DNA of 64,000 bases, taken from NCBI GenBank assembly GCA_005893275.1, contig VBOW01000018.1:12184-76183 (forward strand). Reading direction: 5' to 3'. Below the pieces are notes generated by a model. It worked only from the letters and a program-made list of their open reading frames with translations. It had not been told where the DNA came from and searched no databases. Source of the DNA: Candidatus Eiseniibacteriota bacterium. GTDB taxonomy: Bacteria; Eisenbacteria; RBG-16-71-46; SZUA-252. Positions 18,457 to 28,057 of the stretch are shown here, in pieces (position 1 is the stretch's first letter; the number at the start of each line of letters is the position of its first letter). Both the position numbers and the translations under genes were made by a program.

Positions 18457-18939
18457 ATGGAGCTCAAACTACACGAGGTCGAGGAGGGGCAGAGCAGGCT
18501 CGACATGGAGCTTGCGGCCGATTCCGTCGGGATCAGCCGGCAGGATGTCGCGCTGGAGGGTCCGCTCAAGATTGGCCTCAGCCTGGACCGCCGCGGAGAC
18601 GAGATCTGGATTCGCGGAACCGTGCATGCCATTGCCCTGCAACAATGTAGCCGGTGTCTCGTCGAATTCTCCCAGATTCTCGAATTGGATTTCGAAGTTT
18701 TCTGTGCTAAGTTGCCATCTGCCCGCATGATGAGCCCCAAGGCCCTGGATGAAGAGGACGGGGGGGTCCATTTCCACGACGGCCACGTGCTCTCCATCGA
18801 CAGCGAGATCCGGGAAGCGGTGCTGCTCGGTCTTCCCATGAGGCCGCTCTGCCGCGATACATGCGCGGGCCTTTGCCCGCGGTGCGGAGAAGATCGCAAT
18901 CTCGGGCCGTGCCGTTGCGTGGGCGCGGCCGCCGGCTGA
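18457..18939 (+). CDS. yceD: YceD/DUF177 large-subunit ribosome biogenesis protein
   Basis: DUF177 with C-terminal CxxC...CxxC. Conserved position immediately upstream of rpmF-plsX. Confidence 0.75.
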   Translation: MELKLHEVEEGQSRLDMELAADSVGISRQDVALEGPLKIGLSLDRRGDEIWIRGTVHAIALQQCSRCLVEFSQILELDFEVFCAKLPSARMMSPKALDEEDGGVHFHDGHVLSIDSEIREAVLLGLPMRPLCRDTCAGLCPRCGEDRNLGPCRCVGAAAG

Positions 18940-19008
18940 TCCGGAAAGGCACCGGACCTACGCCCCGCGCGGCCGGCGACGAACATCCAACGAAGGGAAT
19001 GTGGAACG

Positions 19009-19200
19009 ATGGCTGTACCCAAGAGAAGGCATTCGAGCACCCGCGGCAAGAAGCGCCGCACCCACTGGAAACTCGCGCTGCCATCCCGATCGCTCTGCCC
19101 CCATTGCAGTCAGCCGAAGCTCCCGCACCGCGTGTGCGGGCATTGCGGCTACTACGCGGGCGAAGAGGTGATCTCGCAGGAGGAGTTGAAGAGTACGTAA
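19009..19200 (+). CDS. rpmF: 50S ribosomal protein L32
   Basis: [10 protein letters not shown]-terminus and CxxC...CxxC. Confidence 0.9.
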   Translation: MAVPKRRHSSTRGKKRRTHWKLALPSRSLCPHCSQPKLPHRVCGHCGYYAGEEVISQEELKST

Positions 19201-19219
19201 GGGCGGGGACGGGGCGACG

Positions 19220-20251
19220 GTGAGCGATCGAGCCGGACGGCCGGTCATCGGGGTGGACGCCATGGGCGGCGACCTTGCCCCCGGTGTGGTCATACAGGGC
19301 GCCATGGAGGCGATCCGCGAGTCGACGGGCGCGTTTGATGTCCTGCTCATCGGCGATGAGGCGCTCGTTCGCGAGGAAGCTGCCCGCCTGCATCTGAGCG
19401 CGGACCTGCCCCCCGTGATCCACGCATCGGAGCGCGTGGAAATGGGTGAGTCCGCGGCCACCTCCGTTCGAAAGAAGAAGGACTCCTCGATCAATATCGC
19501 CGCGCGCCTTCAGAAGGAGCGCCGGACCAGCGCGATGGTATCCGCCGGAAATACCGGCGCGGTCGTGGCCGCCGCCCTCTTCGGCCTGGGCCGGATCGAG
19601 TCGGTGCAGCGTCCCGCGATCGCCACGGTGCTCCCCACCCCGCAGGGCAACGTCGTGATTCTGGACGTGGGCGCCACTTCGGACTGCAAGCCGTACCACC
19701 TCCATCAATTCGCGATGATGGGCAGCATCTATGCCAGGCTGGTGCTCCACGTGGAGCGACCACGCGTCGGGCTGCTGAACATCGGGGAGGAGGCGGAGAA
19801 GGGGAGCGAGCTCTACTACGAAGCGCATCAGCTGTTGAAGCAGAGCCCCGTCCATTTCGTCGGAAACGTCGAGGGCCGGGACATCATCCTCGGCACGGCG
19901 GACGTCGTCGTGTGCGACGGTTTCGTCGGAAATGTGCTTCTCAAGTTCGCGGAGAGCGTGATTCCGAGCGTGGGCAATATGATCCGAGACGAGATACGGA
20001 GCGATCCTCTGAGCATGCTCGCGGGGCTCCTCCTGAAGCCGGCCTTCCGGAGGCTCAAGCGCCGCCTGGACTATGCCGAGGTCGGCGGGGCGCCGCTCTT
20101 GGGAGTCGACGGTACCTGCATCATCGCCCACGGGCGCTCGAACGCGCGCGCGATCAAGAACGCGATCCGGGCGGCGGCGCGGGTCGCCGAGGCGCGCGTC
20201 GCGGGATTCATACGCGAGGACCTTCAACGGCTGGCGCCGGAGGCCGCATGA
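19220..20251 (+). CDS. plsX: phosphate acyltransferase PlsX
   Basis: Full-length PlsX similarity (IGVDAMGGD, MVSAGNTGA). Confidence 0.9.
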   Translation: MSDRAGRPVIGVDAMGGDLAPGVVIQGAMEAIRESTGAFDVLLIGDEALVREEAARLHLSADLPPVIHASERVEMGESAATSVRKKKDSSINIAARLQKERRTSAMVSAGNTGAVVAAALFGLGRIESVQRPAIATVLPTPQGNVVILDVGATSDCKPYHLHQFAMMGSIYARLVLHVERPRVGLLNIGEEAEKGSELYYEAHQLLKQSPVHFVGNVEGRDIILGTADVVVCDGFVGNVLLKFAESVIPSVGNMIRDEIRSDPLSMLAGLLLKPAFRRLKRRLDYAEVGGAPLLGVDGTCIIAHGRSNARAIKNAIRAAARVAEARVAGFIREDLQRLAPEAA

Positions 20252-20294
20252 CGGCGGCGGGGAATCGGCAGGGTGGCCGCGCGAGGAAACGGAC

Positions 20295-21287
20295 ATGATC
20301 TCATCCGCGCGCGACGTCCATATCATCGGAGTCGGATCCTGCACGCCGGACCGCGTGCTGACCAACAAGGACCTGGAACAGATCGTCGATACCTCGGACG
20401 AGTGGATCACGACGCGGACCGGGATCAAGGAGCGCCGCATCGCCGATCCCGAAACACCCGCCTCCGCGCTCGCCACCGAAGCGGCGCGTCGCGCCGTCCG
20501 GGATGCCGGGGTGAAGCCGGAAGAGCTCGATCAGATCATCGTCGGGACCGTGACGGGAGACCGCCCGTTTCCCTCGACCGCGTGTCTCGTGCAGGACCGC
20601 CTCGGCGCCGCCGGGGCGTACGGGTTCGATATCTCCGCCGCCTGCTCCGGGTTTCTCTATGCGCTCTCGCTTGGGCGCACGCAGATCGCGGCCGGAGCGG
20701 CGGACACCGTGCTCGTGATCGGGGTCGAGACCCTTTCGAAGATCGTCGACTGGACCGATCGCAACACGTGTGTGCTCTTCGGCGACGCGGCCGGCGCCGT
20801 CGTGCTCCGCTCGACGGGACAACCCGGCGGGATTCTGTCCACGAAGCTCCACAGCGACGGGTCCCTGACGAATCTGCTCGAAATGCCCGGGGGCGGCTCG
20901 CTCCATCCCGCGTCGCACGAAACGGTCGACCGAAAGCTCCACTACATCCGCATGAGCGGAAACGACGTGTTCAAGTACGCCGTCCGCGCCATGGAATCGG
21001 TGGCCTGCGAGGCGCTCGAGGCCGCGGGGCACAGACCGGAGGAGCTGGATCTCCTGTTTCCTCACCAGGCGAACTATCGCATCATCGACGCCACCGCGAG
21101 GCGGCTCGGCCTGCCGATGGAGAAGGTCTTCGTCAACCTGGATCGCTACGGAAACACCTCGTCCGCCTCGATTCCGCTCGCGCTCGACGAGGCGAAGCGC
21201 CTGGGGCGCCTCAAACCCGGCGATCTCGTGGAAATGGTGACGTTCGGCGGAGGCTTCACGTGGGCCGCTTCCGTGGTGCGCTGGTGA
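20295..21287 (+). CDS. fabH: 3-oxoacyl-ACP synthase III
   Basis: FabH active-site Cys (AACSGF) and His/Asn regions. Confidence 0.9.
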   Translation: MISSARDVHIIGVGSCTPDRVLTNKDLEQIVDTSDEWITTRTGIKERRIADPETPASALATEAARRAVRDAGVKPEELDQIIVGTVTGDRPFPSTACLVQDRLGAAGAYGFDISAACSGFLYALSLGRTQIAAGAADTVLVIGVETLSKIVDWTDRNTCVLFGDAAGAVVLRSTGQPGGILSTKLHSDGSLTNLLEMPGGGSLHPASHETVDRKLHYIRMSGNDVFKYAVRAMESVACEALEAAGHRPEELDLLFPHQANYRIIDATARRLGLPMEKVFVNLDRYGNTSSASIPLALDEAKRLGRLKPGDLVEMVTFGGGFTWAASVVRW

Positions 21288-22228
21288 GCCGGATCGCGTT
21301 CCTTTTTCCGGGCCAGGGCTCGCAGGCGGTCGGCATGGGTCGCGCCCTCGCGGATCGTTTCCCGGAAGCGCGCGAGGTTTTCGACCGCGCCGACCAGGTC
21401 CTCGCCATGCCTCTCTCCTCCCTCTGCTTCGATGGACCGCTCGATGCGTTGACCCGCACGGAGAACACGCAGCCCGCGCTCTTGGTCACGAGCGTCGCGG
21501 CGGCCCGCGTGCTCGAGCGCCGCGGCGTGCGGCCTTCGGCGGGGGCCGGGCACAGCGCGGGGGAATTCGCGGCGCACGTGGTGGCGGGCTCGCTCTCCTT
21601 CGAGGACGGGCTGAGGCTCATCCGCAGGCGGGGCGAGCTGATGGCGAACGCGGGGAAGGAGCGGCCGGGAACGATGCTCGCGGTGCTGGGCCTGGGTATC
21701 CCTGAGATCGAGAAGCTCCTCGCCGCGGTGGCGAGGCCGCGCGATCTCGCCGCCGCGAACTACAACTCGCCCGGACAAATCGTGCTGTCCGGAACGCGCG
21801 AGGCGCTGGATCGCGCCTCGGAGGAGGCCAAGAAAGCGGGGGCCAAGAAAGTCGTCCCCTTGCACGTCAGCGCCGCGTTCCATTCGCCGCTCATGGAGAC
21901 CGCGGCGCGCGGGCTCGGCGAGGCGCTGGAGTCGATCGATCTCAGGCCCGCTCGGTTTCCGGTCTACGCCAACGTTTCCGCGCGGCCGGTGCAAGCCCCC
22001 GAGGAGATCCGCGCCGCGCTCCGGGAGCAGCTCCTCCAGCCGGTGCTGTGGGAGCAAACGGTTCGCGCGATGGTGGAAGACGGCGTGCGGCGGTTCGTCG
22101 AAGTGGGCCAAGGGCGCGTCCTCCGCGGCCTCGTGAAGAGCGTCGACCGCGATGTGTCGCTTTTCGGAAGCGAGGACCCGGAGGCGGCGGAGGCCGCCGT
22201 CCAGGCGCTCCAGGAAGTCGCGGCGTGA
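21284..22228 (+). CDS. fabD: malonyl-CoA-ACP transacylase
   Basis: FLFPGQGSQ and GHSAGE motifs. GTGA overlap with fabH. Confidence 0.9.
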   Translation: MSRIAFLFPGQGSQAVGMGRALADRFPEAREVFDRADQVLAMPLSSLCFDGPLDALTRTENTQPALLVTSVAAARVLERRGVRPSAGAGHSAGEFAAHVVAGSLSFEDGLRLIRRRGELMANAGKERPGTMLAVLGLGIPEIEKLLAAVARPRDLAAANYNSPGQIVLSGTREALDRASEEAKKAGAKKVVPLHVSAAFHSPLMETAARGLGEALESIDLRPARFPVYANVSARPVQAPEEIRAALREQLLQPVLWEQTVRAMVEDGVRRFVEVGQGRVLRGLVKSVDRDVSLFGSEDPEAAEAAVQALQEVAA

Positions 22229-22974
22229 GCGACCGGCGTTTCGCGGAAAGGGTCGCGGTCGTGACCGGCGGGGCGAAAGGAATCGGCCGCGCGGTCGCAT
22301 CGCGGCTGGCGCGCGGCGGCGCCCGGATCGTCGTCTCGGGGCGGGACGGAGCGGCGCTCGAGAGGGCGTGCGCCGAGCTTCGCTCGGAGGGGGGCGACGC
22401 GATCTGGGCCCAAGGGGACGTGTCGAAGCCCGGGGACGCGGACGCGCTTTGCGCCAAAACGCTCGAGGCGTTCGGCAGGGCCGACATCCTCGTGAACAAC
22501 GCGGGTGTCACGCGCGACAATCTGGTCATGCGCCTGAGCGAGGAGGATTGGGATCAGGTCATCGACACCAATCTGAAGGGGAGCTTTCTCTGCATCCGCT
22601 CCTTCACCCGGCCCATGATGAAACAGCGGTGGGGCAGGATCGTGAACATGAGCTCCGTGGTCGGGCTCATCGGCAATCCCGGCCAAGCGAATTATGTCGC
22701 GTCCAAGGCGGGAGTGGTGGGGCTCACGAAGGCCGTTGCCAAGGAACTGGCATCGCGCCATATTACGGTGAATGCGGTAGCTCCAGGGTTCATCGAAACC
22801 GCGATGACAGCCGATTTGAGCGAGAAGGTGCGGGAGGGCTTGAAGGCGCAAATCCCCCTCGGACGGCTGGGATCCGCCGATGACGTGGCCCACGCGGTGG
22901 CGTTCCTATGCTCGGAGGAGGCCGGCTATGTCACCGGCCAGGTACTGTCCGTCGATGGCGGTATGAGGATGTGA
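22225..22974 (+). CDS. fabG: 3-oxoacyl-ACP reductase
   Basis: Short-chain dehydrogenase fold with [23 protein letters not shown] overlap with fabD. Confidence 0.9.
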   Translation: MSDRRFAERVAVVTGGAKGIGRAVASRLARGGARIVVSGRDGAALERACAELRSEGGDAIWAQGDVSKPGDADALCAKTLEAFGRADILVNNAGVTRDNLVMRLSEEDWDQVIDTNLKGSFLCIRSFTRPMMKQRWGRIVNMSSVVGLIGNPGQANYVASKAGVVGLTKAVAKELASRHITVNAVAPGFIETAMTADLSEKVREGLKAQIPLGRLGSADDVAHAVAFLCSEEAGYVTGQVLSVDGGMRM

Positions 22975-23021
22975 ACGATCGGATTGCGGAAACCGGAATC
23001 CAAAGGGAGGTGATGCAGGGA

Positions 23022-23270
23022 ATGGCCTCATTCAGCGAAGATCGGGTCAAGCAGATCATCGTCGATCAGTTGGGCGTCGCGCCGGAGCAGGTGACGCCGG
23101 AAGCATCCTTCATCGACGATCTGGGAGCGGACTCGCTCGACACCGTGGAGCTCGTGATGGCCCTCGAGGAGGAATTCGACATCGAAATTCCGGACGAGGA
23201 CGCGGAGAAGATGACCACGGTGGCAGACGCCATCAAGTACCTGGAATCGCACGTGCCGAAGAACGCCTGA
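23022..23270 (+). CDS. acpP: acyl carrier protein
   Basis: DLGADSLD phosphopantetheine attachment site. AGGGAGG Shine-Dalgarno upstream. Confidence 0.9.
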   Translation: MASFSEDRVKQIIVDQLGVAPEQVTPEASFIDDLGADSLDTVELVMALEEEFDIEIPDEDAEKMTTVADAIKYLESHVPKNA

Positions 23271-23341
23271 TTCGGCGCCGCGCCGGACGCGTCGCGTTCC
23301 GCGCGGGTTGTGAGCGCAGGCGAGGAAATCGAGAGAGGTTC

Positions 23342-24616
23342 GTGACCTATCGGAGAAATGGGAGCCCTCGGAGGGTGGTGGTGACCGGGCAGGGCGTCGT
23401 ATGCCCCCTGGGAAACACGGTCGAGGAGTTTTGGAAGCGGTTGATCGCCGGCGAGTCGGGGATCGGGCCGGTCACGCGATTCGACGCGGCGGGATACGAC
23501 ACGCGGATCGGGGGCGAGGTGCGCGGATTCAAGCCGGAAGACTTCATGGACCGGAAGGACATCCGACGCACGGACCTGTTCGTCCAGTATGCGGTCGCCG
23601 CATCCGCGCAGGCCTTGAACCAGGCCGCCGTTCGCGACGGCGCCGTCGACCCGGACCGTTTCGGCGTCATCGTGGGGTCGGGCATCGGCGGCATTTCGAC
23701 CTTCGAGGATCAGCACCGAGTCCTTCTCGAGAAGGGCCCGAACCGCGTGAGCCCCTTCTTCATTCCCATGATGATTTCGGACATGGCCTCGGGCCAGGTG
23801 TCGATCCTCTTCGGCGCCAAAGGCCCCAATTACTGCACCGTGTCGGCATGCTCCTCGGGAGCGCACGCGGTGGGCGAGGCTTTTCGGATCATCCAGAACT
23901 CCGAAGCGGACGTCATGATCGCGGGGGGCGCCGAAGCTCCGGTCACTCCGATTTCCTTCGCGGGATTCTGCTCCATGAAGGCGATGTCCACGCGTAACGA
24001 CTGCCCGACCCGGGCCTCCCGGCCCTTCGATTCCCAGCGCGACGGATTCGTGATGGGGGAAGGCGCGGGAATCCTGATCCTGGAGGAACTCGAGCACGCG
24101 AAAAAACGCGGCGCTGCGATCCTGGCGGAGGTCGTCGGTTACGGCGCCACTGGAGATGCCCATCATATGACCGCTCCTGCCCCCGAGGGTGAGGGTGCAG
24201 CGCGGGCCATGCGGGCCGCCATCAACGATTCCGGACTGCCCCTGCGCGAGTTCGGATACGTGAACGCCCACGGCACCTCCACACCACTCAACGACAAGTT
24301 CGAAACCCAAGCCATCAAGTCGGTATTCGGGGAGCACGCACACCGCGTGGCCGTCAGCTCGACGAAGTCGATGACCGGCCACCTGCTCGGAGCCGCCGGC
24401 GGACTGGAGACGATCATCTGCGTCCTTGCGCTCGAGCGACAGGTCCTTCCTCCGACCATCAATTACGAGCACCCCGACCCCGACTGCGATCTCGATTACG
24501 TCCCCAACACCGCGCGATCGGTCGAAGTGCGGGCGGCCCTCTCGAATTCATTGGGCTTTGGCGGGCACAACGTCACCCTGGCGTTATCGAGGAGCATGGC
24601 ACCGGAGGGTCCCTAG
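23342..24616 (+). CDS. fabF: 3-oxoacyl-ACP synthase II
   Basis: KAS II catalytic Cys-His-His regions (SACSSG, HMTAP, NAHGTST). Confidence 0.9.
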   Translation: MTYRRNGSPRRVVVTGQGVVCPLGNTVEEFWKRLIAGESGIGPVTRFDAAGYDTRIGGEVRGFKPEDFMDRKDIRRTDLFVQYAVAASAQALNQAAVRDGAVDPDRFGVIVGSGIGGISTFEDQHRVLLEKGPNRVSPFFIPMMISDMASGQVSILFGAKGPNYCTVSACSSGAHAVGEAFRIIQNSEADVMIAGGAEAPVTPISFAGFCSMKAMSTRNDCPTRASRPFDSQRDGFVMGEGAGILILEELEHAKKRGAAILAEVVGYGATGDAHHMTAPAPEGEGAARAMRAAINDSGLPLREFGYVNAHGTSTPLNDKFETQAIKSVFGEHAHRVAVSSTKSMTGHLLGAAGGLETIICVLALERQVLPPTINYEHPDPDCDLDYVPNTARSVEVRAALSNSLGFGGHNVTLALSRSMAPEGP

Positions 24617-24644
24617 AGGATCCCGAAACGTGAAATTACTCAGA

Positions 24645-25595
24645 ATGCTGTTTGGACTGGAAAAGGCTCCCGCGCCTCGATTCGAGCGTCGCGGAGGCCG
24701 TGAATTCGATCTTCGCGGGTTCGAAGCAATCGTTCATTACAAGTTCCGAGACCCCGAGCTGGCGCGGCAGGCCCTGACCCATCGCTCCTACCTGCACTCC
24801 CAACCGGAAAAGGGCGCCGGAGAATCCAACGAGCGGATGGAGTTTCTCGGCGATTCCGTCGTGGGGCTCGTCGTGAACGAATTCCTCTACCGAAAGTTCA
24901 CCTCGCTTCGCGAAGGGGAGCTGACGAAGATGAAATCGCTCCTCGTGAGCCGCGTGATCCTCTCTCGAACGGCGAAGCTGATGGGTCTGGGGGACTACAT
25001 TCTCCTGAGCGAGGCGGAGACCGGCTCGGGCGGGCGCGATCGCGCCTCGATCCTCGCGGACACACTGGAAGGCGTGATCGGAGCCGTGTACCTGGACGGC
25101 GGGCTCGAGCCCGCGCGGCGCCTCACGGAGCGGCTGCTCCTTCGCCAGGTGCATGAGATCCTGAGCGACGCGAATCTCGCGAACTACAAGAGCATGCTCC
25201 AGGAGTACGTCCAGGGTGAATTCAAGACCCACCCGCAATACCGTATCTCGAGCGAGATCGGCCCCGACCACGAGAAGGTGTTTACGGTCGAGGTCGTCGT
25301 GAACCAGAAGGTGCTCGGCCGCGGCCACGGGAGCAACAAGAAGGAGGCGGAGCAGGAAGCGGCCCGGGACGCGCTCCTCCACTTCGAGAAGATGGTGCGC
25401 GGCGGCGACCGGCAGGACCACAGGCGCCGCAGGCGTCGTGGCGGCCGGGGGCGTCGTTCGCGGGGCGGTGGAGGGCGCGGAACGGGGACGGGGCAGCCCG
25501 GATCCCGGGGCCCGCAGGAGGAGCAGGGCGAGCTGCGGGGCCCGGACGGGGACAAATCCCCTTGGGCCGCCTCGCGCTTGCAGTCCGGATCGTAG
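24645..25595 (+). CDS. rnc: ribonuclease III with long Arg/Gly-rich C-terminal extension
   Basis: RNase III signature (ERMEFLGDS). dsRBD (KSMLQEYVQ...GSNKKEAEQEAA). Then a ~65-aa RG/RRRRRR tail. Alternative GTG start at 24630. Confidence 0.85.
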   Translation: MLFGLEKAPAPRFERRGGREFDLRGFEAIVHYKFRDPELARQALTHRSYLHSQPEKGAGESNERMEFLGDSVVGLVVNEFLYRKFTSLREGELTKMKSLLVSRVILSRTAKLMGLGDYILLSEAETGSGGRDRASILADTLEGVIGAVYLDGGLEPARRLTERLLLRQVHEILSDANLANYKSMLQEYVQGEFKTHPQYRISSEIGPDHEKVFTVEVVVNQKVLGRGHGSNKKEAEQEAARDALLHFEKMVRGGDRQDHRRRRRRGGRGRRSRGGGGRGTGTGQPGSRGPQEEQGELRGPDGDKSPWAASRLQSGS

Positions 25596-25606
25596 CTTGT
25601 TATAAT
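25578..25606 (+). promoter_or_regulatory. candidate sigma-70 promoter TTGCAG-N17-TATAAT overlapping the rnc stop
   Basis: Consensus -10 TATAAT at 25601 with TTGCAG 17 nt upstream. Would drive the structured leader and the TPR gene. Confidence 0.35.
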
Positions 25607-25611
25607 TAAGG

Positions 25612-25686
25612 CGTCGTCTCGAGACAGGGGAGGAAGGTCCGTCTGGGCCTTCCTCCGTTTCTATAAGCAACCCTGGAGACGACGTG
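25612..25686 (+). promoter_or_regulatory. nested stem-loop leader occluding the RBS and start codon of the downstream TPR gene
   Basis: Outer 9-bp stem CGTCGTCTC (25612-25620) pairs with GAGACGACG (25676-25684), which covers GGAGA and the GTG start. Inner 9-bp stem GGAGGAAGG (25629-25637) pairs with CCTTCCTCC (25648-25656), followed by GTTTCT. Confidence 0.35.
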
Positions 25687-27369
25687 TACAAAGGCGAGCC
25701 AACCTCACTCATCTCAGGGACGGGCATGGGGACGCTGGCGCTGATCCTAATCGCGGCATTGGCCGGGCCCTCGTCGGCCGCTTTTCCGCCCGGCCCCGCC
25801 CCAGTGATCCCTGCAAACCTCGAATTCCTCGTGCGCTCGGCCGTGGCCCAGGAGGCCGGCAATGCCGAGGAAGCCGCGGTCTGGGCGGAGGCTCTGGCCG
25901 CGGAGGACCCGGTCTCGAGCTACGTCGCCTCGCGATTCGCGGAAATCCTCGAATCCTCCGGCGAAGACCAGCGCGCGCTCGCGTGGGGCGACCGGGCGCT
26001 CCACCTGGACAGCCTGAACGCGGACGCGGCCATGCTGGTCGGACGCATGCGCCTCCGCGCGGGGGAGGCCTCGGTCGCCGTGCAGGCCCTGACCCCGCCT
26101 TTGCGGCTTCTGGGAGCGCGCCCCGAGCTTTACGCCATGCGATCCCTCGCCCATGAGCTCGACAAGAACTACGAGGGGGCTCTGGCCGATCTAAAGCGCA
26201 CCGACATCCTGCTCCAGGATTTCGGATGGGTGGCGACCGGCGTTTTGGGGATGGCGCTCGAGGATGGCCGGCTGGATGAAGCGTCTCAGGCCCTCCAGCT
26301 GGCGCTCGAGCTCACCCCGGACGACCCCCGGACCTTGGGACTGGGTGTCGCCCTGGCCCGGCGCATGGGCGACACCGCGCTCGAGGAAAAGCTCCTCCGC
26401 CGGCGCGCGGAGGCCAATGACGCGATACCCGAGCAGATCGCCGCGTATGCCTCGTATTTGTTCCGCGAGGGGGACCGGAAAGCCGCGAAGGCTTTCCTGG
26501 GTCGGGTGGCGCGGCGCGGTTTCGACCCGGCGGACGTCCGCGTCGAAGCCGGTCGCAGTCTCCTGAGCGACGGCGACTATCGCGCGGCATTGGAGGCGGT
26601 GAAGCCGCTTGGGGAAAACCGGGCGACGTTGCCCGTCAGGGCCCGCGCGCTCGTGGCGCTCGCGAACGAGAAGCCCGCGCTCGGGTGTTACAGGAAGCTC
26701 ATGAAGCTTCGCTCCCTGACGCAGGAGGAGTCGCTGGTGGTCGCCTATCTAGAGATCAAGGTCGGCGACCGTCGAACGGGGATCCTGACGCTGGAGCAAA
26801 TCCGAGAGGGCCTTCTGGGGAGCCCGCGAAGGGTGCTGGCCGGGGCCCTATGCTACATTCTTCTCCACCACCCCGAGGAGGCCGTCGCGATCATGCGCGA
26901 GGGGGCCCTGAGGGGCCCCGAGAGCCCCATCCTCTACGCGGAGCTGGGCCAAGCCGCTGCCGAGACGGGGGATAGCCTGGTGGCCGCGTGGGCCTTCCAA
27001 AAGCTAAGTGGGCTGGGGAAGGAAAATTCGGAGTGCCTCTATTTCCTCGCTGCGACGGATCTAAGCCAGGGGGAGGTCGATCGGGCGGTCCGAAGGCTCG
27101 ATCGGGCGGTGGAGCTCGATCCGTGGAACGGGCGGGCCCTGTCGCTCCTGGGAAGCATCCGCTACAATATGGGGCAGCTAGAGTTAGCGAGAGATCTCTT
27201 GAGACGCGCGGTTCGATGCCGCGACGCGGGCTCAGACGCCGAGCGAATGCTCGGCCGTGTGTGCCGGGCCCTCCGGCTGGACAGCGAGGCCCGGGCGGCC
27301 GAGTCACGGGTCCGCGGAAAGCGCGCCTCCCCGAGCCCCGCTGGGCTTACCTTCTTCGCCAATCCCTAA
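25684..27369 (+). CDS. secreted TPR-repeat protein
   Basis: N-terminal signal-like hydrophobic segment, then multiple TPR-like helical repeats. GGAGA Shine-Dalgarno before GTG 25684. Confidence 0.6.
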   Translation: MYKGEPTSLISGTGMGTLALILIAALAGPSSAAFPPGPAPVIPANLEFLVRSAVAQEAGNAEEAAVWAEALAAEDPVSSYVASRFAEILESSGEDQRALAWGDRALHLDSLNADAAMLVGRMRLRAGEASVAVQALTPPLRLLGARPELYAMRSLAHELDKNYEGALADLKRTDILLQDFGWVATGVLGMALEDGRLDEASQALQLALELTPDDPRTLGLGVALARRMGDTALEEKLLRRRAEANDAIPEQIAAYASYLFREGDRKAAKAFLGRVARRGFDPADVRVEAGRSLLSDGDYRAALEAVKPLGENRATLPVRARALVALANEKPALGCYRKLMKLRSLTQEESLVVAYLEIKVGDRRTGILTLEQIREGLLGSPRRVLAGALCYILLHHPEEAVAIMREGALRGPESPILYAELGQAAAETGDSLVAAWAFQKLSGLGKENSECLYFLAATDLSQGEVDRAVRRLDRAVELDPWNGRALSLLGSIRYNMGQLELARDLLRRAVRCRDAGSDAERMLGRVCRALRLDSEARAAESRVRGKRASPSPAGLTFFANP

Positions 27370-27454
27370 AGGAACCAGCCCCTTCCGGAACCGGCCACCG
27401 TTCGACGGTGTATCCAGTGCCACGGAGACCGATGTGGCCAACGAGCTGCGTCTT

Positions 27455-28057
27455 GTGAAAAAGCTCGACCTCGCCGAGCTGACCGATGAAGACGTCATGG
27501 AGCGTTGCGCCTTGGGCTCCGAGACCGCGTTCCGCGCGCTCGTCCAGCGGTATCGCTCGCGCATCATGAATCTCGTGTGTCGGTTCATCAACGATCGGGA
27601 CCGCGCCGAGGAGATCAGCCAGGAAGTGTTCCTCCGGGTATTCCGGAACCGCGAGCGCTACCGAAAGAGCGGAAAATTCTCGACTTGGATTTTCACGATC
27701 GCCGTCAATCTGACCAAGAACGAAATCCGTAGCCGCGTCCGGCACAAAGGGACGTTCAGCTTGGATGCGATGGAGGAGGATTCCGGAGGGCAGGGGCTCG
27801 CGTTCCCCGACCTGAAGCCTCTGCCCGACGAGGACCTGCATGCGACCGAAATACGCCGGCGCGTGGCGGAAGCGCTCGAGAAAATCCCCGCGCGGTATCG
27901 CGAGGCCGTGGTGCTGCGCGATATCGAGGGCCTGAGCTACGAAGAAGTGGGAGAGATCCTCCGAATCCCCGGCGGGACGGTGCGGTCGCGCATCAATCGC
28001 GCCCGGCTGATGCTGAAGGAGAGACTCAAGCCACACCTGAATCTGGAGGACGCATGA
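27455..28057 (+). CDS. ECF-family RNA polymerase sigma factor (sigma-24 type)
   Basis: Sigma-70 region 2 (ISQEVFLRVF, FSTWIFTIAVN) and region 4 (LSYEEVGEILRIPGGTVRSR). Start is GTG 27455 or 27434. Confidence 0.8.
   Translation: MKKLDLAELTDEDVMERCALGSETAFRALVQRYRSRIMNLVCRFINDRDRAEEISQEVFLRVFRNRERYRKSGKFSTWIFTIAVNLTKNEIRSRVRHKGTFSLDAMEEDSGGQGLAFPDLKPLPDEDLHATEIRRRVAEALEKIPARYREAVVLRDIEGLSYEEVGEILRIPGGTVRSRINRARLMLKERLKPHLNLEDA

Noticed and set aside
23271-23341. Hairpin CCGCGC...GCGCGG between acpP and fabF as a terminator
   Set aside because: The large 17-nt loop and absent U-tract make this more likely a fortuitous GC-palindrome.
25398-25595. Possible tandem nucleotide repeat or CRISPR-like array in GC-rich RG-coding DNA
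   Set aside because: The repetition is a low-complexity codon bias (CGC/GGC) inside the rnc coding frame, not spaced direct repeats. No CRISPR arrays were found anywhere in the window.
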